DNA of 64,000 nucleotides from Azolla caroliniana (Eukaryota > Plantae > Polypodiophyta): the NCBI GenBank assembly GCA_043228905.1, contig JBHGNT010000010.1, positions 13,640,001 to 13,704,000 of the forward strand, in the 5' to 3' direction. Positions 37,584 through 51,530 of the stretch are shown here, piece by piece. The notes beneath the pieces were generated by a model. That model was given only the letters and a program-made list of their open reading frames with translations. It was not told the origin of the DNA and ran no database searches. Both the position numbers and the translations under genes were made by a program. The stretch's first letter is position 1, and each line of letters opens with the position of its first letter.

Positions 37584-40154
37584 TGGTGTGAAGATCGAAC
37601 AAACAATGGTCAACTCTCACACAAGAGCATACCATAAAAAAGGACAAATTGGGAAACATGCAGTGTGGACAACTAAGGGCCTAAATATGAGCATGTATTT
37701 GAAGCATAGGCTACAAGGAGTAGTCGACGTCAATGTTCAAACAAGGTTTAACGAAGGCAAGCCTAGATTAATAGAAAAAGGAAGACCGAAGTACCTTGAC
37801 CAAGAAGATGGTCGGAACGAAAGTGGCACATGTGTGGTGCATGAAAGGTTATATTTGAGGATGGCAGAAAAGGGCATGGCAACTAGTTGTGGTGGTGCAA
37901 AGCTCAGACCAAGGGTCTGGTGGCTTGGGTTATGGTGGAAAGAATGGTCATGGTGGTATGGAAAAAAATATATAAGGAGCCAATGAGTTAGGTTCTATGT
38001 TCTATCATAGATAGTTAGGCTATGAAGTAATGAAATATTAAGATGAGGATTTAAGATTTCAACTAGGCGGATGCGCCTAGTACCATACTTAGCACATACT
38101 GGAGGATGTCATGATGTTTTCAACACGTAGTGTGAAACCACCCTACTAGGAAAGGAAATAAAATAGTAGTTCAATACACTAGTATTGTGAAGTCAACTTT
38201 GTTAGCCACTAGTACTTTCTAGGGTGGTTTTAACACGTAATGTAAAACCACCCTAGAAAGGAAATAAAATAGTAGTTCAAATAAACTAGTATTATGAAGT
38301 CAACTTTGTTAGTAACAAAAATACTTTTTCATTTGTCAAAGACCATGCCCTATGAATTAAGGTCAAGGGATTAAATCTTGCAATTAATGATGAGGAATAT
38401 AAAGTTGGAGGCGGTTTTCAAAAGTAGAAAAATGTAGAGAAAAAAATAGGGAAAAAAAAGCAAGGCATGGATATGAGCAAGGTAGAGAAAAAAGCTCCTA
38501 ATTTCTTCATCTGATTCATAAGAAAGCTAACAGGAAGAGTTTTCCCAAAATATCTTGCATGTGAAATTTGAGATTACACAAGACAAATAGTGATGAAAAT
38601 AAAAGACGTGTCACATAGACAAACTTTTTTTTGAAGAGAAATGCACGGAATATCGCTCGGCCACAACCGAGTAGTAAATCACTTCTATAAGAATCAAACA
38701 CAGAAATGGGAAGTGGAGAGTACACAAGAAAATGACACAGGATTTTACGTGGAAAACCCTAATAGGGAAAAACCACGGGAACCCACTGACTCCGAACTAT
38801 CACTTTGAAGAGAAGGGGTACAATCAATCAGAGACTTGGAGGCAACGACCTCGAGCTCTGTTTCTTCGCATAGTGGCGGTTACAACAAAATATCACTCTG
38901 TATCTCTCTCTTTCCCTCTCTCTCTGTACAACAATCACAGCAATATGACAACAACACACTCACTCACTAAAGTGATTGCCCTAAGTCATATTTATAGTTA
39001 TATGAACTTAGGGCTATTTACAAATATAGCCTCAATGGGCTTATTCAAGACATATTTACAAATCTGTCTTCTCTTCCGCTTCTCACCGGGTCCACCGATC
39101 CAGTTTCCGGATCTCTTCCGGTTCTCACTGGGTGTCCTCCGGTTTCTGGATCTCTTCCGGTTCTCACCGGGTCCTCTTTATTCATCACCGGATCCCATCC
39201 GGAGAGACCGATTTCCCAACATTTTTTAGTGGAAAAAAGCATGCAATAGAAAAACTATAAATAAGAGCTTATTCTTAAGAAGCGTGGGGGAGGGAGAAGA
39301 GACATGGAAGCTCTACTGTAGAATTGGAAGGCGAAAGAAGAGGAATCATCAACATCAAGAGGCAACATCAAACAACGATCTCTCTCTTCTATACTCCACT
39401 CACTTCTTTTCTCCATCTCTCTTCCCCCTTACCTAATGAACCATCTTCTTTGTATCAAATGCTCTTATAAATAATAATAATCTTGTAACTTGAGCCTTGA
39501 TTTATAAAAAAATTATCTTATTTTGTAATCAAATAATGTTTCCTTTCACCTATGTGTCTTGTGTAAACCATCTTCCTGTGTGTTCGTGTGTCTTGTGATT
39601 GGGAACCGTTTTGGGCTTTCCCATTTACCTCTCCTTTCACAAAGGCATTCGAACTTTTGTGTCTCGCGTGTAAACCTTTCCCTTGTGTGTTTCTATGTCT
39701 TGTGAATAGGGATCATGTCGGGCGTGCCCATGCACCTCTCCTTTTCACAAAGACATTCGAACTTTCGTGGCTTGTGTGTAAGTCTTCCCCTTGTGTGTTC
39801 GTGTGTTTTGTGACTAGGGAGTGTTTCAGACCTCTCCTTTTGACAAAGGCATTCAAACTTTTATGTCTTGTGTGTAAGCCTTTTCCTTGTGTATTCGTGT
39901 GTCTTGTGACTAGGGAACGTTTCAGGCGTGCCCATATAAAGGCATTCTAATATTCGTGTCTTGTGTGTGTAAGCCTTCCTCCTGTTCATTCCTTCATCTT
40001 GTGGTTAGGGGTTCAATTGGGATCGCCCATCCACCTCTCCTGTGAAATGAGTGATCGAACAATCGTGTTGTGCATGCGAGCCTTAAATCCTTCCAATCTA
40101 AAATGTTGGAGGTTCCGCCTCATAATCCGCACTTAGTGACAGATTTTCACAACA
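37584..40154 (+). repeat. Probable long 3' LTR (~2 kb) of another gypsy element, with internal tandem repeats
   Basis: PPT-like AAAGGGGA before it, termini TGGTGTGAAGATC...GATTTTCACAACA, TATA-like CTATAAAT at ~39254, two ~110-bp repeats (38115-38312) and ~90-bp repeats (39550-40020). Confidence 0.6.
38632..39221 (-). repeat. Copia solo LTR
   Basis: TG...CA termini, TSD TTTTT, GATTTTACGTGGAAAACCC motif. Its right part matches 60893-61065. Confidence 0.88.
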
Positions 40155-40630
40155 CCGTGATCTTATTATGAAGAAGCTATAGCCGCGTCAAATGTCGAAA
40201 CATGGTGTAAACCCATGATGTCCGAAATGGACTCGATTAGAGAAAATGACACATGGGAACTGGTCGAATTACCATCCGGTAGAAAGTTGTTGCCTTGCAA
40301 CAAATATATATTTGGTTCGGATCAACCCAAATATAAAGCTTGGCTGGTTGCAACAAATGGGTGTAGAGATACAAATATATATTTGGTTCGGATCAACCCA
40401 AATATAAAGCCCAACTCGTCGCAAAGGGATTCAAACAAGAAGATGGTGTTCCCTATCATGAAATCTTCTCTCCTGTAGTCAAGATGAGGATTCGGCTTCT
40501 ATTAGGTAGTCATCGCGACAAAAGACCTTGAGCTTGAACAAATGGACGTAAAGATGGCTTTCTTGTATGGAGATCTAGAGGAAGACATTTATGTCTCAAC
40601 CGGAAATCTTCACGACGACAGGGGAGAAAG
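40155..40630 (+). pseudogene. pol: Copia RT fragment
   Basis: EMDSIRENDTWELVELP, KYKA.LVA, MDVKMAFLYGDLEEDIY. Confidence 0.85.
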
Positions 40631-41498
40631 GTGTAAAGAATTTCGTACATGGAAGGACACAGTCAACTCAGCCGAACAACCACAGTTAGGTAAAAACACA
40701 GATAGAACAGAATACATTAAGCAACGACCCCCAATTGATGTTAATATACATCATGATGAGTTGAGAAGTGCACAACTTTCTAAGAGATATACAATATATA
40801 TTGTATATTACATGAAAATAATATAAAAATAACTAAAGATGGCACCTATTTTTATACAAACTATAATTATTACGGGCATGAACATATAATATCCCGTGGT
40901 AAGATTGTACCGTAGTATTCTATACACTTGGATAAAGTGTGAGGGTTAAACGAGCGTGTAAAGAAGGGAATGATTACTTTCGCTCGGGGGTATGTTATGA
41001 GCATGACAATATAATATCCCGTGGTAAGATTGTAACGTAGTATTCTATACACGTTGTCGGGTTAGTTGTGGTTTAAGAAAAAAAGTATATGATATGAACA
41101 TGATGTATATTACGAATACAAGATTTTACCAACTTTACAATGGTTGATAGCAAGATGAACTCTTTCTCTACTGACTCTTGATTCGAACCCTTGATTCCAA
41201 CTTGAAAACACAAGCCTCTTCACCAACAAGCTAACTTATTTGTTTGATTATCTTATTCTCTAACTTTCTCTTGACTCCCTCCCTTACTTGATTCCCCTCT
41301 TTTTATAGGTGCCCCCATGCATATAATGCATGTGAGGGTAAAGAAATGCATGCAATGCATGAAATGCATGTGCTGCATGATCGCCATTTGGTGTTCATGC
41401 ATTACATGTGATGCATGATAGACATCTCACTCATTTGAGCTTCCATGTATGAAAATAGACATGGGATAAATATGATGATGGAAACACATTTTAAAATA

Positions 41499-41702
41499 AC
41501 TAACCTAGCTAAGTGGTGTATACCTTGTGCTTGGTATACAAGGTTGAGGGTTCAAGTTCCTTGATTTTACTCAATACAATATTTAGCTTCATTCTTATAT
41601 CATGAAGCACATTCTTTACAATATTTCTAAAAATAAATAGCCTAGCTTAGTGGCATGTACATTGTATTTCATATATAAGGGTGTGGGTTCAAGTTTCTCA
41701 AA
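41499..41702 (+). promoter_or_regulatory. Two tRNA-like Pol III modules in the G LTR (copies at 61716-61769 and 61785-61838)
   Basis: TAGCTAAGTGG (41506) with GGTTCAAGTTC (41549), and TAGCTTAGTGG (41643) with GGTTCAAGTTT (41686). Both pairs are 43 bp apart. Confidence 0.65.
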
Positions 41703-43222
41703 TATTACTAAATACAATATTTAAGTTTATTTTTATATCGTGAAGCACATTCTTCACGACACCCACCCCCTTTGAACTTGCACATTGGTTGTGCAGAGTT
41801 CATCCAACACGTTTTCCGATTCTTTTAGTTCTTCATAAAATTCAGGCTCTAGTGACTCCCTCCTTTTAAATATTTTAATCCTTTTTCCTGCAATTGGGAT
41901 ACGAATTTCTGTCCCATCTAATTCATTGAGGAAATATGTGGCCTTATCTGTTATTTTCCTAACTTCATAAGGTCCAAACCATCTTTTTGCGAACTTCCGA
42001 ATAGTATTGTATTGATTATCTAGGTTGCTATCATATACTAATACCCAGTCTCCTTCTTGCACCTTTCTTGGTCGTATTCTTTTTATCTTGTCAAATCTGT
42101 CCTTATTCTTGATTCTTGCCTCTTTCAATCTAGTAGCTGCTTTTTCTATGTCTTCTGTCCTTGATTGAAGTTGTCGTATCCGAATCCTCGATGACCAGCC
42201 CATTCTTTAGAATGCAACTCTCTCATTATCTCCTTTCTTTGCTCTTTAGAACCTATTACTCATCGCGGGTTTCCAGTCTTGGTTTTTGGATGTCGCCATA
42301 GATATCCTTCATGTAGGAAGAACTTATGAGCTTTCTTGCGAAACTGTGTGAACTTTTTTCCAGATCAACCTTTGTACTTGTCAGGGGTTTGTAGGTATTT
42401 CCCTATTTCCTTGAATTCTTCTTCATACTCCTCTTCTAGAAATTGCATTCCTCCTTCCCGGGTAATTCTTGTGGTAAGGACTGTTTGTTCTTTGTCCTCA
42501 TCATTCGAGTCTGGAAACTCCTCTTCCTTATACCTTGCTCTTGATAACATATCTACTACTGCATTTCTATTCCCAAAGATATGTCGAACTTCAGGGTTGC
42601 TTCATCTAATATGGATGCACCATCTTAACACAGCTTGATCTGGAATATCACAATTAGCTATGATACCAAGAATCGGCAAACAATCCGTTTCTATTATTAC
42701 TTCAGCACCAATTAAGTAATCTCTATCTATCTTAACTATTATTACTATCCCCCATAGATCTCTTTTCACCTGTGCATATTTTCTTTGTCGACCACTAAGA
42801 ACCTTCGCTCTGAATCGGACTAGATACCTTTCTTCCCCATCTTGTTGGCTTATCACCCATCCAATTCCAATGGGACTGGAGTCTAATGTGAGATATATGG
42901 GCCGGGTGTAGTCATGTTGCTTTAATGGTGGAGCTTGTGCCAAGTAGGACTTCAATTTCCTCATTGCCTCTGAATGCTCTTCACTCCATTCAAATGTTTC
43001 TCCTTTTCTTAGGAGTCTATATAAAGGTTCAAATCGATGGGCATAATGCGGAATCCATCTACAGTAAAAAACACATAGCCCCAAAAAACCTTCGTACTTC
43101 TGAAGCGGATGTACATTCCTCTTGCATATTTTGAATTGCATTGACCTTGCTTGGTTATGGCTTTCTCCCATACGAATCACACATATGACCAACTATTAAT
43201 ATTTCTTTTTCCCCAAATATTG

Positions 43223-43677
43223 TATTAGAGACATGAACTATTGTAAGCATAAAATAAGGATAAAAGATAGATCTGGATAGAAAGGAGAGAGAGAAAGAAG
43301 GGTGTCGATCCACCCGACCACCCCCAAGCGAAGGGATCGAGACGGACTCGAGCCTCGATTGGTGTCCCATACCACTGCGGTGGCGTCAGGTCGTACCTGG
43401 TGTTGGCGCGCTCGCTACAAGAGTTGACCCACCACAACAACAGAGTCTCGATGTAGTCAAAAGATGATGAAATTAGGGTAGCTAGGCCTCTTATTTATAG
43501 CGATACCCAAGGCCCCCAGGCAAGTTCACACTTGGCCTAATGGGTTGTCTCAATCCCGAGGATTAAAAGTAATCCTCCCCTTCTTTACACTCTCGTTTAA
43601 CCCTCACACTTATCCACGTGTATAGAATACTACGGTAAATTCTCACCACTGGATATTATATGGTCATGCCCGTAACA
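43223..43677 (-). repeat. Chromovirus-type solo LTR (TGTTACGGGC family)
   Basis: TSD TATTG at 43218-43222 and 43678-43682 restores the host AKSIFGE. Similar to 62599-63172. Confidence 0.88.
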
Positions 43678-43949
43678 TATTGACTTCGCCCCTAATAAGG
43701 TCAAATGCACTTCTTCCATCCTTGATAGTATCTTCTCACAATCCTTGATATGGTCGGCAACAAATTGTCAACAACCACTTTCGTCCAATTCCTCATTCTT
43801 CTCTTCCTCCTTCCATCCCTTAATCGGAACATCATCTAAAAAAGCCATTGTAATGAGGAATGAAATCACGAAGTACCTTGTTCATTCCATTCATCATATG
43901 TGCCACTGAGTTGGTCGCTCCTTGTGGCAAGGTACACTTCCGTACTAAC

Positions 43950-44246
43950 TATTGAGAATCAAGCTCAACTTGGTCTAGTGTGTGAACTCACCTTGAGAGT
44001 GAATAGACACTCCAACGGTCAAGAGTCACCATCATGTCACCTCTTTGTATTCTAGCATTTAGTATGAGTCATAGAATCATATTCTATGACACATAACTTA
44101 TGAGCTTTCACATTCCCCATGCTCCATGAGTCTTGTAGTTAATGAAGAGAGAGGGTGACTATATAAAGCACCCTCCTCCCACCTTGTATTGAGTTGAGTC
44201 TTTCTCCTTTGTTAATACAATCTACCTTGCGTATACTCTGTGTCTT

Positions 44247-44314
<68 letters not shown>

Positions 44315-44368
44315 CACACACAATTCACACCTATTCCTCTACACAAGAATCATACCCGATTCTTTACA
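43950..44368 (+). repeat. Solo LTR with a (CT)n microsatellite
   Basis: TSD CTAAC at 43945-43949 and 44369-44373 restores the host PIGLVR. TATA box CTATATAAAG at ~44159. Confidence 0.85.
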
Positions 44369-45498
44369 CTAACCCTATAGGTGTCTTGATAGAAGTAATA
44401 TCTCGATTTTTGATAGCAAGTTGAAATTGATCATACCCGGAATAAAGGTCTCCCATAGAATATATAGCTCTTCCTACAAACATCTCAACAAACTCATCTA
44501 CAATTGGCCCTACTCCCGAGTTTCAGGATTGTTACCTTATTCACGGGTTGCATATCTTGGATAAATCGGAGTCACCCATCTTTCTTTAACACAGTGAACC
44601 ATCAACTCGAGTAACGGGCGTTCGATGGTTCCAAGATACCCATCCTCATCTTTTCTTTCAGAAGTTCTAATAGTTGAGGGATTCTAGCCCTAGGCATGGG
44701 TATTGGCTTAAAATTCTATGGAATATGAGGGATAGTGAATATAACCATGGGCTCCACTATTTTTGGATCCACACACCCTATTTCCTCAGGTTGGAATGCG
44801 AACGCCTTTCCATGCCTTTTTAATATCTCCTTGAATTACTTTTCTTCGGTTGGTAATAGGAAGTCACCCCCTCCTATTTTCATCCCTTGTATTGTTTCTG
44901 GAGTAAACACATGTCCCACCTTTCGTGGTTCTCTGATCATTGGCTCTGTGGCCGCTTCTTTAATTGCTCTTTCACTATCCCCTGGAAGTGGAGCAGCAAT
45001 AGGACAAACCTTCTTCTCCATCGTCTTGTACTTTGTTAGGACATGTGCTTCATGATCCTTTCGAGCAACTTCTTCAATGACCTCGTACATCTTGATCGAA
45101 TGGATAGGAACTTGGATTTCGTTGTCATCCTCCATTGCTTCCAAATGAGTTATTGTATCTGGGTCGAAGCATGCTACGGTGTACCAACTTTTGGCCAAAA
45201 ATTTAGTACTAAATCGAAGAAGAAAATAAACATTAAAAATTGTAAATAAGTTTCAAAAAACAAAAAACAAATTCATTACGTCACACTCGAATGCACAAAG
45301 ATATTGTACGTCACACTCGAAATGTCCCTAGGCCATATTTAATACATTAATTGTTGCCCCAGTCTCCTAGGTAGAGTTGTACGAAAGCACACCTGGAGAA
45401 GGTATCCATTGTGACAGTTGGTCAGTCTCAGTATCTCTCTCTCTCTCTCTCTGGTATGGGTAGTCGAACGTGTCAATTGGTATGTCTCTCTCTCTCAC

Positions 45499-45536
<38 letters not shown>

Positions 45537-46562
45537 GTCTCGAAGTTGTCAGACAGACAGTGGCAGAAAGTTAAAGAAAGACGACATATCTATTACAGGT
45601 CTATCTCTCTGTTTCTTTCTTTCACTCCACCTTCGATTCTTTCTGTTTTTTTCTTTCAAAGCTCTGTTTCTTTCTTTCTTTCTGTTTCTCTCTCTCACTC
45701 CACCTTCGATTCTCTGTTTCCCCGCGTAGCTGTTCTTGTGTTCCCCTCTGTGCCAGGTTCGATCTCTGAACGCAGAGATTTTTGTTTCCCCTGCTCGTTG
45801 TATGTGTTGTTGATTTTCCTTCCTTGTGTATGCTCGTTTGTTTCCTCTGTCTATGCTCGTTTGTCTCCTCTGCAGCAGCCTCGTTTGTCGAAATCAACAC
45901 GGTCGGGTACCTCTGCAAGTTGTACAACCTCCAGGTATTCTCTGTGTTGCATGCCCAACTGGTATGTTTTCTTTTTCTGAATGTTTCCTGTCTGTCTGTT
46001 TTTTATTTGCATGTGTATGGTCATTTTTAGGGTTTGATTATTCATAGTCTATGTGTTGCATGCCCAACTGGTATGTTTTTGTTTTCTCTGTGTTTCTCTG
46101 TGTTTCTTTTAAAAATGTATGAAAATATTTTGATCGAGGTGGTTGTGTGTTAGACATGTTTGTACATGCAACGTAAATGGAGTTGGCTATGATGAGTTGC
46201 TATGTTTTCGTTTTGTTCTTGTTTCTTGTCCATCTGTTTTATTTTGTGTGAGTTTGACATGGATGAGTGTTTTTCCGACTATTTTGGGTTTTTGTGTGTT
46301 TGACATGGCTTGTACATGCGATGTGATGGAGTTGGCTATGATGATTTACAATGTTTTCGTTTTCTTTGACTTTCCTATCCGTCTATTTTTATTGTCTGTG
46401 TGTTTGACATGGATGAGTTTTTTTCCGACTATTTAGGGTTATTGTGTGTTTGACATGGTTTGTACATGCAATGAGATGATTTGCTATGTGTTGATGGTAA
46501 TTGCTTGAGTTTTCTTCTAGTACATGCATATTCATTCCCTGAGAATTGTGTTGACTAGGACA

Positions 46563-49500
46563 ATGACGAGAAGGACACCCATAAAGAAGACATTGATGAA
46601 AGAGAAAGTGAAGACACCAGTGAAGGAAGGAAGAAGGACACCCATGAAAGAAAGCAAGAAGACACCCACAAGAGAAAGGGTGATGAATTCATCAACACAG
46701 AGAAAGAAGATGTACCACTCCATCAGTCCAGACACACCTCTTGGATGGAATTATTTCCTTCGAGCACGACCTGACGTGTATCCAGAGCTGAGAGAGTGGT
46801 TGTTAAAAACATGGGGGTCAGTACATCCCGACACAAGGCGAGGATTCCACATAAGTGGTTTGAAGAGGGAATACATGAATTTATTGAAGACGAGATACGA
46901 ACATGTTTATGATACAAATCAAATCACTAACAATGAGGTGGGTACTGTTTTTGCACGTGCTTTTGCATGTGAAGTTCAAGGTGGCATTGACGTAAATTGG
47001 GAAGATTTTAATCGGCACCGGTCAGACCATTACAAAGGGTCCTCCAGTACCAACACTGGCTTGAAGTCATCTGGAACCTCTCATGTGGATATTCTAGCTA
47101 TAACACCTATCCACCAAGTTCTAGAGGCAAAGGTACGGGCCACAATGACTGAAAAGCATGAACAGATGATGGCCGGTTGCATAGCTTCTATGAGCTCAAG
47201 AATACAAACACTACTTGCTGATTTGGAAGCAGTTAAATCAGCTGAGATACAGGCAGAAAAGAAATTTTCTTCAATAAAAACTACATATGAATGGATTGCA
47301 TCGACAATCCAAAATTCAGAAAGTGAGGTGTTGAAAGAGGAGTTGAAGAAAGAGCTAAACAATATGGGCACTCAATTAGGTTCACAGATGAGAGACCTTG
47401 ATACTTGCAGGAATGCACATGAAGAAATAGATAATAAGTTGTCAGCCTTAAAGTTGCATTCTGAGAACCTTGCATGCTTGATGCAGGATTTAAAACAAAA
47501 TGGTTTTGATACTTTGTGTCCATCTGTAATTGAGCACCCAAGTGGTATAGAAAGTACCATTATTAGTATAGCTATATCACGGTATTGGCTTTAAAAGTTA
47601 TTTATTTCTACTTCTTTGGTATAAATAAGTGAGCAACTAATATATTATAACTTGTGTTTGCAATCTTCCAGGTGTATATTTTGTGGCCTCGGATTCAAGC
47701 TGGAGGCTATGGATGTTGTGATTACACCATGCTTGCACACATATCATGTGCTATGTGCTAAGTATCATTTTGAGAAAGAGAATACATGTATGGACTGTAA
47801 AACTACAATTGCGGCTGAGTGGTACTATGCTTGGGGTTTAAAAGTACACCCGTACGGTATGTGGCTCTACTATTCTATTGTTTGTATTATATGATGTCAA
47901 TTAACATTTGGACTAGAACTAGTGTATGCCACAATTCATACTTCAAATTTAGTGTAATCTCTAACAACTATTATGTGGAACCCTAATTATGTGGGTTAGT
48001 ATTGGCAGTACTCTTAATATATAATTGGTATGTGTAGTTGAAGGGATATTTTCCACAATTAGTAGTACTAAAAGGAACCAGGTACAACATCGTCCAATCT
48101 ATATTGCAACTTGCCTAGTATTAGTTTAGTAAACACTATACTTATAGTACACTGTTGACTGTTAAGATTGTTTGTGTAACTTGGGAACTAGTACTAGTAA
48201 TGTAATTTGGGAACAAGGTGTATAGTAAATTGTTGAATAATAGTACAATTATTGTAATTTGGAAATGAGGTGTGTCAAACACATATCACGTTTAGTACTA
48301 ATACTGTTCAAGATTAATACTGTTGGTGTAATTAGTACAAGTTATGTAACTAGGTGTGTAGAAGACATATCATGTTTAGTATTACTTGTGTGCAAAATAC
48401 CAACCTACATTTGTTGGATTAGTACTTAGTAAGTACTACATGGTTCATGATTAGTACTAGTTCTGTACTTTGTGAACTAAGTTACTAGTACATTGCTCAT
48501 GATTAATACTAGTTTTGTAATTTGGGAACTGAGTAGTACTTTGTTCCTTATTAGTACTAGTTTTGTACCTTATTAGTACTAGATCAGTAATCTAGAAAAT
48601 AAGTGAGTAGTACATTTTGTAGGATTAGTACTAATTGTGTAATTTGACTAAGTCAGTGGTACATTGTTGAGTAGTACATTGTTCAGGATTAGTACTAATT
48701 GTGTAATTTGACTAAGTCAGTGGTACATTGTTCGGGATTAGTACTCCTTGTGTAATTTGCTAACTAAGTGAGTAGTATATTGTGCATGATTAGTACTACT
48801 TGTGTAAATTGGGAACTAAGTGAGCAGTACATTGTTCGGGATTAGTACTCCTTGTGTAATTTGGTAACTAAGTGAGTAGTATATTGTGCATGATTAGTAT
48901 TACTTGTGTAAATTGGGAACTAAGTGAGCAGTACATTGTTCGGGATTAGTACTCCTTGTGTAATTTGCTAACTAAGTGAGTAGTATATTGTGCATGATTA
49001 GTACTACTTGTGTAAATTGGGAACTAAGTGAGCAGTACATTGTTCGGGATTAGTACTCCTTGTGTAATTTGCTAACTAAGTGAGTAGTATATTGTGCATG
49101 ATTAGTACTACTTGTGTAAATTGGGAAGTAAGTGAGCATTACGTTGTTCGGGATTAGTACTCCTTGTGTAATTTGCTAACTAAGTGAGTAGTATATTGTG
49201 CATGATTAGTACTACTTGTGTAAATTGGGAACTAAGTGAGCATTACGTTGTTCGGGATTAGTACTCCTTGTGTAATTTGGTAACTAAGTGAGTAGTATAT
49301 TGTGCATGATTAGTACTACTTGTGTAAATTGGGAACTAAGTGAGCTACTACATTGTTCGGGATTAGTACTAGTTCAGTGATTTAGGAAATAAGTGAGTAG
49401 TACATTGTTCAAGATTAGTATTACTTATTAATTTGACTTAGTCAGTGGTACATTTTTCGGGATTAGTACTTGTGTAATTTGGTAACTAAGTGAGTAGTAT

Positions 49501-51530
49501 ATTGTGCATGATTAGTACTACTTGTGTATATTGTGCATGATTAGTACTAATCGTGTAAATTGGGAACTAAGTGAGCAGTACAGTGTTCCTTATTAGTACT
49601 AGTTCAATAATTTAGGAACTATGTGAGTAGTACATTGTTCATGACTGGTACATTGTGTAAAATGGGAAGCAGCTCTTGTGACCTACATTATATATTTTAG
49701 ATGATGGTACTAACATTCAAGGTTTTTTTGTTTCTTGCAATGAATGTTGTAGTGTCAAGCAACTCCACGCCAGGCAAGGTAATGGAACAACCAGCCCCTG
49801 TGCCTAAACCCTCAATATCTGCTGCACATTCCAAGGTTCAGGGACCATCATTACCAATAACCTATGATTTTTATGATGAGGATGAATGTATGAGAAGGGC
49901 CATTGGAGCAGTGGAACATATGCTTCTACAAACAAATTCCCCAAGCTCCGGTCAACATCAAGAAATAGAGCCCACTAAGAAGAGAAATGCAGTTTCTTTA
50001 CAAATAGAGCCCAGTAAGAAGAGAAATGCTGCAAGAATGTTGTATGGAAACGGCAAGAAAGGCAAAGTTGAATGCAATGGTGAGTCATATAAGTTCTCAC
50101 CTGTCTGGAGCATTGTCAACCTAATCCATTGTCTAATACCATGTACTTGTGTTACTAGCTGATGATGAAATGATATTTGGTGACGGAGATACGAGTCCAA
50201 AACCTGATCATGAAGACGAATTTATCACACTCCCAGGTACACGTCAAAAGCCAGACTTTGAAAACAATGATTTAGCTCATAACAACCCTATTCTTGTTGT
50301 TATTATAGATCATAACAACACTGTTGAGCACCTAGATGTTGTGGAGAAGATGACCGAGCCCACCACTTGCAATGGGGTATCTACGGCTGTACAGTATGAC
50401 GATGTAACATTAGGTAAAAATGTGGCCCTAAACCCTATGTTCATTGTTTGCAAACTTTTGAGTATGTGAGTTCATACCAATATTCTTTGGAATCCCATTA
50501 ATTAGGTTTACAAGAGCAGTCTGATTCCCAACTGCAATCAAATGAATCGGGAACTTCATGGAGCACAAGTGCAGAATCAGATTCCCATCAGAGTCAGAAT
50601 CAAATTAACCTTTGCAAGGAGGCAGACTCTAGAAGCACATCTTCCACACATGAGGATTGTGAGAAAAACGAAGCATTCATATGTGAAGAGCAGCTGGCAT
50701 GTACAAACAACACTATGTCTAAAGAAGCCTATGAGTGTGGAAAGAATATGGCAAGTACTGAAGAGAAGATTGAAGCCCATGAAGAGTGTGGAAAGAATAT
50801 GGCAAGTACTGAAGAGAAGACTGATTGTACTGATAATGTGGCAAGTGCTGAAGAGAAGACTGATTGTACTGATAATGTGCTAGTACTATCTAAAGATTCC
50901 CATGAGGATCATGGAAAGAACATTGCTAGTAATGAAGAGGAGCTTGATTGTACTGAGAATGTGCTAGTAGTGTCTTGTGAAGCCCATGAGGATCGTGGAA
51001 AGAACATCGCTTTCCCTGAAGATAAGCCTGATTGTACAGAATCCCATGAGTGTAGAGTGAACAACGTTACTAATGAAGGTGGGCCTGATTGTACTCAGAG
51101 CGAACAACGTTGTCTTAAGAATGAGGTGACATCCATCGTACAAGAGGAGTTGACCATGACTACTGCCACGGTCCACATACAGGAGTCTAATAAGAACGAG
51201 TGTATAGGCATCGGTGATGATGATAGGGCAATAAAGATCGCTAGGAGTACAAGCATTCAGGAGATGAGTGATAATTTGTCTATCGACAGCACCTTTGTGG
51301 ATTTGTGTACAAGCATTGCAGTTGCAGAAAACATAGTTGCTCTCTCAAGCTTGCCACCAGTACAAGGTGCCCGCGCATCCACGCCTGTCTCTGATGCCTC
51401 TGATGATGAAGTGCCACTTAGTCAGCTCATACCTAAAGGCTTTAAGATAAAGAAGAATGTAAAATCAGAAAAATCTGGCACCAACAACAAGCGCATTACA
51501 AGATCGGCCAAGTTACCCTCTAGTGCCTGA
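46563..51530 (+). CDS. Five-exon passenger gene: 936-aa coiled-coil/RING-H2 protein with an acidic repetitive C-terminus
   Basis: Exons 46563-47581, 47672-47856, 49753-50079, 50159-50413 and 50506-51530. All introns are GT-AG with matching phases (2,1,1,1) and the 2811 nt are stop-free. RING-H2: CIFC...CLHTYHVLC...CMDC. Confidence 0.82.
48480..49670. repeat. Intronic tandem array: 52-bp monomer, 104-bp dimer (homogeneous core 48723-49370)
   Basis: GTACATTGTTCGGGATTAGTACT recurs at 48723, 48827, 48931 and onward. Confidence 0.92.

Larger units (their letters stand above)
41762..45160 (-). pseudogene. pol: RT/RNase H/integrase C-terminal remnants of G
   Basis: KYKTMEKKVCP, AFLDD, LDSSPIGIGW, KRWFGPY. 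The integrase core is deleted near 42200. Confidence 0.88.

Noticed and set aside
45411-46436. Hydrophobic ORFs upstream of the RING gene
   Set aside because: They derive from CT/GT-rich promoter, UTR and intron sequence.
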